Below, piece by piece: positions 56,228-64,000 of a stretch of DNA of 64,000 bases. Every line of letters starts with the position of its first letter. The first letter of the stretch is position 1. The stretch is from the human T2T-CHM13v2.0 reference genome, Homo sapiens: NCBI RefSeq assembly GCF_009914755.1, contig NC_060930.1; one strand, written 5' to 3'. Position numbers and translations under genes: made by a program. The notes under the pieces were generated by a model that made no database searches, was not told the origin of the DNA, and saw only the letters and a list, made by a program, of their open reading frames with translations.

Positions 56228-57235
56228 CCCTGCTAGTTTAGTCTTTATTTCTGAAATAATTTTCTCCTATTCATAATTCTTTCTAAGTTTTGACAGCTTT
56301 TGTTTCTCTGGTAGTCTCCATTATAGGTATGTATAATTCTATTTAAGCTGTTCGTTCATGGCTTCTAACATTTTCTTAATTTCTTTGGATTCATTTTTAA
56401 AGATTAGGTAACTGGTTTGTAGGAATGTCTTTCTAGTGGGAGATACTGTCTTCATTGTCTATGGAGACATAAACCTTCTCTTTAATCTCCATTTTATTCC
56501 AATAATTTTACATGTGATTTGACTATAATTCTTTTTATTGTTCATGCTTGAGATTCATTTTCTTGTATTCTTAGGAGAAAGGCATGGGTAATATTATATT
56601 TCCAAGGTTCATAATTTTAGATATCCTTCTTCTGTTAGCTAGGTGAAGTTTGAAAACAAATACATCCTTGTACTCTCTGAGACCTTATGGCTCTTTTCTT
56701 CCCCCCTACATCAAGTGATGTTTCTCTTTCTTTGCCCTATTGCTCACCTACTCAGTTTGATTCTACTCGCCGGCAGGTTTTCGAAGGCATATTGCTTGAG
56801 CTTTGTTTTTTGTTTTTGTTTAGTTTTAGTTTTTTAATTTTTTTACTGAGTTCAGAGGGCTCTGACTACTCCAACACCATCTGACCTTACCATGTTTTCT
56901 TAGATTGTACCTGCAAATTGAAGCCTGTTAAGTCCTTTTCTAAATCAGTTACTTGTCCAACATTTGCTTTCCACGCTTTCCAAAGCTTGGTGACTTGGGT
57001 GTTCTCTAGATCCCGTGGCTCTCAAAAGTCCTTGTGCCTTCCCTCTGCTTCCTCCTGCACAGCCAGCCAGGCTATGTGGGTCTTGTTCTTGCAGTTTATA
57101 TCCTCACCTATTAGTATTTTAAGGTTTGTGAGGATAACTTACCACCCAGTATTGATGTAGAGGTTGTCCATGGTTTTTGATGGTCGTACTCCAAGTGCTC
57201 TGTCTGTTTTTATGGGAACATTAGGGAAGATAAAA
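55560..57235 (-). mobile_element. Ancient L1ME/HAL1-like ORF1/5' region
   Basis: Degenerate T-rich antisense ORF1-like sequence; weak match. Confidence 0.4.
56191..56225. repeat. (TG)n microsatellite
   Basis: ~17 TG units. Confidence 0.95.
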
Positions 57236-57243
57236 TGCCATAC

Positions 57244-57449
57244 ATATTAGTTTGCTAGGGTGCAAAAGCAAAGTGCCTGAGACTAGGTGGCTTAAACTCC
57301 CCATTCTGGAGGCTGGAAGTCCAAAATCAAGGTGTCAGCAGGTTAGTTCTTTCTGAGGGCTATGATAAAAGAACCTGTTCTAGGCCTCTCTACTTGGCTT
57401 GTGGAGAGTCATCTTCTTTCTTGGGGTGGACATAATTCAAACCACAACA
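57244..57449 (-). mobile_element. MLT1A/B LTR, internally deleted
   Basis: ttctggaggctggaagtccaaaatcaaggtgtcagcagg...aattcaaaccacaaca. Confidence 0.75.
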
Positions 57450-57519
57450 CTACATAACAACGGCTGACTTTCGATCTTTATTTTCTTATTTAATTTTTTT
57501 ATTTATAAATCAAAAATTA

Positions 57520-57950
57520 AAGCACTTTACTTAATCCATCATATGTAGTTATAAAGTCCATAAAAGAAGATTGCTGTCTTTAAGGAGTTTGCAAACAAAC
57601 AGAGGGATAGTTGTAATACTGAAATGCATGAAAAAGTTGAGTGTTGCACAGGTGCTTTAGGAGTTGAAACAAGAGAGCTCAATAAAGGTTTTTATAATCA
57701 GAAAAGGTTTTCTTTGAACTGAGAGTTGATCCAAGTGTTGAAGAATAACGGGAAGCATCTGCATAAATGAAAAGAGCATGTTTTCAAAGTGATGAAGGCC
57801 TAGATGTGCATGCCTGTAAGTTTATAGTGGGCCTTGGGAAGTAATGGGAAAATGTTGGATAGGAATGATGTAAGCAGCTTTTGGTGACCTTGAAGGTTAG
57901 GCAGAGTAGCTAAATTATCTAAGAAAGGAAACCGAAAGCTGATCAGTTTT
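57520..57950 (-). mobile_element. L2 3' fragment
   Basis: aaggagtttgca..aatcagaaaaggttt..ttgaactgag..ttgaagaat. Confidence 0.5.
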
Positions 57951-58058
57951 GAGGCACGTTGTGTGTAAAACAAATTTAAGGAGAGTGTCAGCAATGTGCT
58001 TGATGGAGTCAAATTGAAATTAGTATTTTAATTTATAATATATAAAATAGGCTTATAA

Positions 58059-58347
58059 TTTTTTTTTGAGACAGTCTCGCTCTGTTGCCCAGACTGGAGT
58101 ACAGTGGCGCGATCTCAATTCACTGCAAGCTCCACCTCCTGAGTTCACACCATTCTCCTGCCTCAGCCTCCTGAGTAGCTGGGACTACAGGCACCCACCA
58201 CCACACCTGGCTCATTTTTTTGTATTTTTAATAGAGATGGGGTTTCACCATGTTAGCCAGGATGGTCTCGATCTCCTGACTTTGTGATCCACCCGCCTCG
58301 GCCTCCCAAAGTGCTGAGATTACAGGTGTGAACCACCGTTCCCAGCC
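58059..58347 (-). mobile_element. AluY-like
   Basis: gcaagctcc, ttcacaccattc, gttagccaggatggtctcgatctc diagnostics. Confidence 0.92.
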
Positions 58348-58404
58348 TACATCGTTTTTTTTTAATGCTGGTGGAAGTTAGGAAATAAAAATTAGCCTTG
58401 ATAA

Positions 58405-58618
58405 TATCCCAGAAGATTTGCACAATTGTTATCTCATCTACTATTTGCAAAAACACTTTGATGTGTGTGTTAGTGCTCATATATTACACATAACAAAATT
58501 AAGCCCAGAGAGTTGAAGCAACTTCCTCAAACACATATATTTCATACATGCTTAAGTTAAAATTTGAATCCAGGTCCTTCTGGCTTCAAAGTTCATGCTC
58601 TTCACTATCCTACACTGC
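58405..58618 (-). mobile_element. MIR
   Basis: gcccagagag..aagcaactt.c.caa..atttgaatccaggtc..tggcttcaaag. Confidence 0.7.
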
Positions 58619-59079
58619 TATATAAGAGGTTACTATGTTTTAGAGGTGTTATAAAATATATATTAGAGATCTGGCAATAAAATCATAGAGGAAGGGATAG
58701 GCATTTTAAAGATCTGGCAATAAAACTGTAGATGAAGGGATAGGCATGAGAAATTTGGGGGAAGGAAGATGAGTTAGAGAGCGATCATATATTTTTTGAG
58801 CTCATTTATGCATTCCATGAACCCAGCATATTGTGGCAACACATTAGTGTCTTTACAAACTTTTTTTATGAGAATGCAATGGTGAAACTTATTCTCAGTA
58901 TTATGCAAGTCAGAATAGCATTCTATGATCTTTCCCCGCACCAGAGTAAAAATAATGTGCAGAAAATCAATAGTATCTAATTAATCATTCCTGAATATAA
59001 TTTTCCTATATATTAAAAGAAAATATTTCATCGTCATTTTTGTTAAGTTAGTGGTCAACTGTCTCCTACTTATTGTGGG

Positions 59080-60005
59080 TATAATGGATAATTTTAGTAT
59101 CAACTTGACTGGGTTAAAGGATATCTAGATAGCTGATAAAATACTATTTGAGGGTATGTGTATTAGTCCATTCTCACACTACTATTAAGGACTGCCAGAG
59201 ACTGGGTATTTCATAAAGGAAAGAGGTTTAATTGACTTACAGTTTCACATGGCTAGGGAGGCCTCAGAAAATTTACAGCCATAGCTGAAGGGGAAGCAAA
59301 CGTCTCCTTCTTCACATGATGGGAAGAAGGAGAAGAATGAGTACCCAGTGAAGGAGAAAGCCTCTTGTAAAATCATCAGTTCTCATGAGAACTAACTATC
59401 ACAAGAACGTGATGTGGGAAACGGCTCCCATGAATCAATTATCTCTACCTGGTCCCTCCCATGACACATGGGGATTATGAGAACTACAATTCAAGATGAG
59501 ATTTGGGTGGGGACACAGCCATACCATATCAGTATGTCTATGAAAATTTTTCCAGAAGAAATAGGTATTTAAATCAGTGGACTGAGTTAGGAAGATCACC
59601 CTCATCTAGTGTGGGCCAGCACTATCAAATTGGTTGAGGGCCCAGATAAAACAAAAAGTCAGAGGAAAGGTAAATTATTCCTGTTTCTCCTGGAACTGAG
59701 ACACCTTTCTTTTCCTGCCCTTGGACATCACAACTTCAGTTTCTCTGGCCTTTGGACTCGGGACTTTTACCAGTGGCTTTCCAGTTCTCGGGACTTTGGC
59801 TTCATTCTCAGAGTTCATATTTGGTTCTCAGGTGTTTGAATTTGGACTGAGCCAAATGGCTTCTCTGGTTTTCTAGTTTGCAGAGATTATCATGGGACTT
59901 TTCAGACTCCATAACCACATGAGCCAATTCTGATATTAAATCATCTCATACATCTTTCTCTATATCCTAAGGGTACTGTTTGTTGAGAGAAATCTTACTA
60001 ATACA
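59080..60005 (+). mobile_element. MLT2 (B/D-like) ERVL LTR split by THE1D
   Basis: tcaacttgactgggttaa..gagaaatctt.actaataca; TSD gtggg/atggg. Confidence 0.8.
59159..59531 (-). mobile_element. THE1D solo LTR
   Basis: ggggaagcaaac..tccttcttcacatg interior; perfect TSD gtatg. Confidence 0.88.
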
Positions 60006-60654
60006 ATGGGTCTGAGAGAAGTCTATTTGATAGATGAAAAAGTACATAAAGAAAATTGAGAGGAGGAAAAGAGGAGCAGGAATCACTAGTCAAGTCTTGC
60101 TTTTTGTGGGGATAGCATTTAGCACAATAGCAATTCAATCATGGCATTTCGCCTCCCTCTTCCCCAGGTCTGGTTTCTGGTCTGTTATATTTCTATGTTC
60201 AGAATAAATATTGGACCTCCCTTAATTACATCACATTCTAAATAATTTAAGGATGTTAATGTGTTGTCTGCACAAAACAGGGACATGATATAAGGGATAC
60301 TAATTCCCATGAAACATGGACAGAGTAAGAAGTTTCTTTCATTTAGTATTTTAAATTATGTTTTATATAATGTTAGAGATGAAGGAATTACATTAGTGCA
60401 TTGTGATAAAATTTATATTATGTTAAATTATTTTCTGTTAAAATTATGAAATTATGTTAAAGATTAAGGAACATATATTTGAGCCTCATTAGTAGTCATT
60501 GAATGTTATTTTTAAAAATACTTTTGACATATTATACAATAAAAACTTTATAAAATTAAACTCTAACAATCAGGTGATAAAGTGAATGTATTAAGTTCAT
60601 TTTTATTATAAAAATAAATTAATATACAGGAATCATGGAGATGTTGCCTTATGA

Positions 60655-60972
<318 letters not shown>

Positions 60973-61545
60973 TAACCAAAGAACATTGATTAGAGTTCTG
61001 ATTCCAGTAACGGTGAGTAACTTTTATCAAACTGACCCTCCTATTGACAACCATTACACCTCTAGTTTTAAAAAACTGTTTGAAGATATTAGAAAGCAAT
61101 GAAAAGCACCAGAAACTTCATGGGATACAATCTTTTAAAGACAAGAAGTGAAGAAGGTAATACTTTTATTTAGTTGGTTTTCCCCCAAGGGTACTTCCCA
61201 ATTTCCTGAGACATGTAGAGAAATAGAGGTCAAATAAAAATTTCCATTCTTACTGTATTGAAAGGACAGAGGCTGAAAAAGACAAGAGCAGACAGAAATT
61301 GAGGGGAAAGTCTCAGGAATGAGAGAGCCACAGAAAAGGGATATCCGCCGCTAAATTCTGGATACCAATTCTTCCCACACTTCTTTTAAGTCCTTCAATA
61401 ATTCCTAAAATATGCACATGACCAGCAAGATTCAAAAGAATCCAAAGGAAAGCAGAGCTGGGAGGCCAAGAAAATGAGAAGAGACTTCAACACCTGCCCC
61501 TTGCTCAGGACAAAGTTTGCCATTTAAATGTTGCTAAGTTAAGTC

Positions 61546-61630
61546 TCTAGACCTGTGAGAGAATAAGTGTCTCTTGCTGAAGTCACCCAGTTTGTGTACT
61601 TTGTTACGGTAACCTTTGTAAACCAATATA
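61546..61630 (+). mobile_element. MLT1 LTR 3' fragment
   Basis: ctgtgagagaataa..aagtcacccagtttgtgtactttgttacgg..aaccaatata. Confidence 0.7.
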
Positions 61631-61639
61631 ATGAGCAAA

Positions 61640-63706
61640 TCACATGCAGCCACATGTAACCAAGATAATAAATCATGACCAAGGGCAGTTTATTCCATAA
61701 ACGCAAGATTGATTTATTATTTGAAATCATTCAATGTAATTTCACCACATCAAAAAAATTAAAGAAAAATATGATCAATAGATGCACAAAAATTATTTAA
61801 TAAAATTCAACACTAATTCATAAGAAAAAAATATCCCAGCAAACTAGGAGTACACAGAAACATTCCTAACATGATTGAGGACAACTGTGAAAAACCTACA
61901 ATTAACATAATATAACTCTTAGTCGTTCACTAATATATATGTTATTCAAATGAAAAACCAGACACTCATTGCTCTCAGCACTTCTAGTCAATGTTGAAAG
62001 TCCTAGCCAGAAAGTTAAACAAAAAGAATAAAAGCAGGCTATTTCAAGAGAATGAGAAGACAAAGCACAGGCTGGGAGAAAAAATTTTCAAAAGATACAT
62101 CTGATTAAAAAAAAACTGTTATCCAAACTACACAAAGAGCTCTTAAAACTCAACAACAAGAAAATAAACAATTAGGTTATAAAACAGGCTAAAGACTTTA
62201 ACAGAAACCTCACCAAAGAAGATATACGGATGGCAAAGAAGCATATGAAAAGATGCTCCACATTACATGTCATCAGGAAAACGCAAATTAAAACAACAAT
62301 GAGCTATATAACTAGACACCTATTAGGATGGCCAAAATCCAGAAGGTTGACAACATCAAATACTGGCAAGGATGTGGAGCAACAAAAACTCTTGTTCATT
62401 GTTGGTGGGAAGGATATGGAGCAACAAAAACTCTTGTTCATTGTTGATGGGAATCCCAAATGGCATGACCACTGTGGAAGACAATCTGCCAAGTTTCTTA
62501 CAACAAAACACACTCTTATCATTTGATCCAACAATTGTGATCCTTGCTCTCTACACAAAGGAGTTGAAAACTATGTTCACACAAAAACTTGCACTCGGAT
62601 GTTTATAGCAGCTGTATTCATAATTGCCAAAACTTGGAAACAACCAAAATGTCCTTCAGTAGTTAAATAACTGTGGTACATCCAGACAAAGAGATATTAT
62701 TAATGGGTAAAAAGAAATGAGCTATCACAACATGAAAAGACATTAAGCAAACTTAAATGTATATTATTAAGTGAAAGAAGCCAATCTGAAAAAGCTACCT
62801 ACTGTGTAAGCCCAACTATATGACATTCTGTAAAAGGCAAAACTAAGGGGACAGAAAAAAAAAAAAGAAAAAAACAGGGAGTAGGGTGGCGATGGGAAAA
62901 GGGATGAAAAGGCAAAACACAGAGAATTTGGAGGGCAGTGGAAATATTCTATATGATACTGCAATTGTATTTACATATACAACCCTGGTGTAAACAACTA
63001 ATTTCTGGTGATAATAATGAGTCAGTATAGGTTCATCAACTGTTAACAAATGTACCATTCTAGTGAAGGATGATGATAATGTTGAAATCTCTGTACCTTA
63101 CTCTCAATTTTGCTGTGCACCTGAAACTGCTCAAAAAAATTAATTTTTTAAAAAAGTTATTTTTTTAAAAAGTAGGAAGATTAGAACGGAAGAAGTAAAT
63201 TTTTTTTTGTTGAGGATGACATGACACATTGTATACATAAAAAAATTCTAAACATTGTAAAAATAAAGCAAAAACAAAAGCAAAAGCCTGCTAGAACTAA
63301 TGAGTGGATTTAGTATGGTGACACAAATGCTTCCAGAAAACTGAAGAGGAAGGATTTCTGACCTATTCTTTTGAGGCCAGCATTACTTTGACAAATGTAT
63401 TACTCTGATAAACCAGACAAATGCATTACAGGGAAAAAATTATAGAACAATATCCCTTGTTAATGTAGATTTTAAAATTAGTAACAGAATTGTAGCAAAT
63501 CAAATATAATATATACAATTGATAAAGTGATATGAAAAAGTGGTGCTTATGACAGTAATACAAGTTTAGTTTAACATTTGAAAGTAAGAGAATATGACTC
63601 ATTATATAAACAAACTAAAAAAGAAAAACCACATGCTTATCTCAATACATGCAGAAAAAAACATTTAAGAGAATCCAGCTTCTAGTACTATTAGAAACAC
63701 TCAGCA
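61640..63706 (+). mobile_element. Old L1M ORF2 fragments (61640-62035, 63170-63320, 63325-63706)
   Basis: aatagatgca.aaaa..ttaataaaattcaa; ttttgaggccagcattac; aaaaccacatg.ttatctcaata.atgcagaaaaa. Confidence 0.65.
62045..63155 (+). mobile_element. L1MC1-like 3' portion
   Basis: ggagttgaaaactatgttcacacaaaaac..gagctatca..catgaaaagaca..aagccaatctgaaaa.gctac. Confidence 0.78.
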
Positions 63707-64000
63707 GGCCGGGCGCCATGGCTCCAGATGCTTTGGGAGGTGAGGTGGGCAGATTTGCTTGAGCCCAGGAGTTCAAGACAAGCCTAGCCCAGCCCGCATG
63801 GCAAAACCCTGTCTCTAAAAAAATTGCAAAAATTAGCTGGTTGTGATGCTGTGCACCTGCAGTGCCAGCTACTTGGGAAGCTGAGGTGGGAAGATCTCTT
63901 GAGCCCAAGAAGCTGAGGTTGTGGTGAACCGAGATTGTACCACCACACTCCAGTCTGGGAGACAGAGCAAGACCCTGTCTCAACAAACAAACAAGCAAAA
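63707..64000 (+). mobile_element. AluJ(o) with small 5' deletion
   Basis: gcttgagcccaggagttcaagac..cttgagcccaaga diagnostics; (caaa)n tail runs to the window end. Confidence 0.9.

Noticed and set aside
55785-56241. Hydrophobic ~106-aa ORFs
   Set aside because: Arise from T-rich antisense repeat sequence and a (TG)n tract
63642-63998. 118-aa ORF (and similar Alu ORFs elsewhere)
   Set aside because: Typical antisense Alu translation artefact

Overview
Primate (simian, human-like) AT-rich non-coding DNA made almost entirely of layered transposable-element fossils. I can support no intact host protein-coding exon, tRNA/rRNA gene or CRISPR array; every long ORF is an L1, Alu or MaLR remnant. Main elements: an old L1 5'UTR (375-2094); a near full-length L1PA15-like element (~3016-12836) carrying five nested insertions; a full-length L1PA6 (-, 15291-21550, 14-bp TSD); a twin-primed L1PA7 (26788-30129); L1PA13-like and L1PB1 fragments; and many older L1M/L2/MIR/MLT pieces, MaLR/ERV LTRs, Alus, a MADE1 and a tailless Y3-RNA retrocopy. 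I found no convincing new biological system. The most interesting signals are mechanistic scars: a polyadenylated MER41 LTR retrocopy that retains a STAT GAS site and sits at an apparent multi-kb deletion; a THE1 provirus with an intact TSD but LTRs from two subfamilies; a two-segment templated insertion in the L1PA6; and a cluster of fold-back/templated insertions, including a 42-bp-stem hairpin, in the L1PA13. Subfamily names come from my recall of consensus sequences and need RepeatMasker/Dfam confirmation. Boundaries of old elements are approximate.
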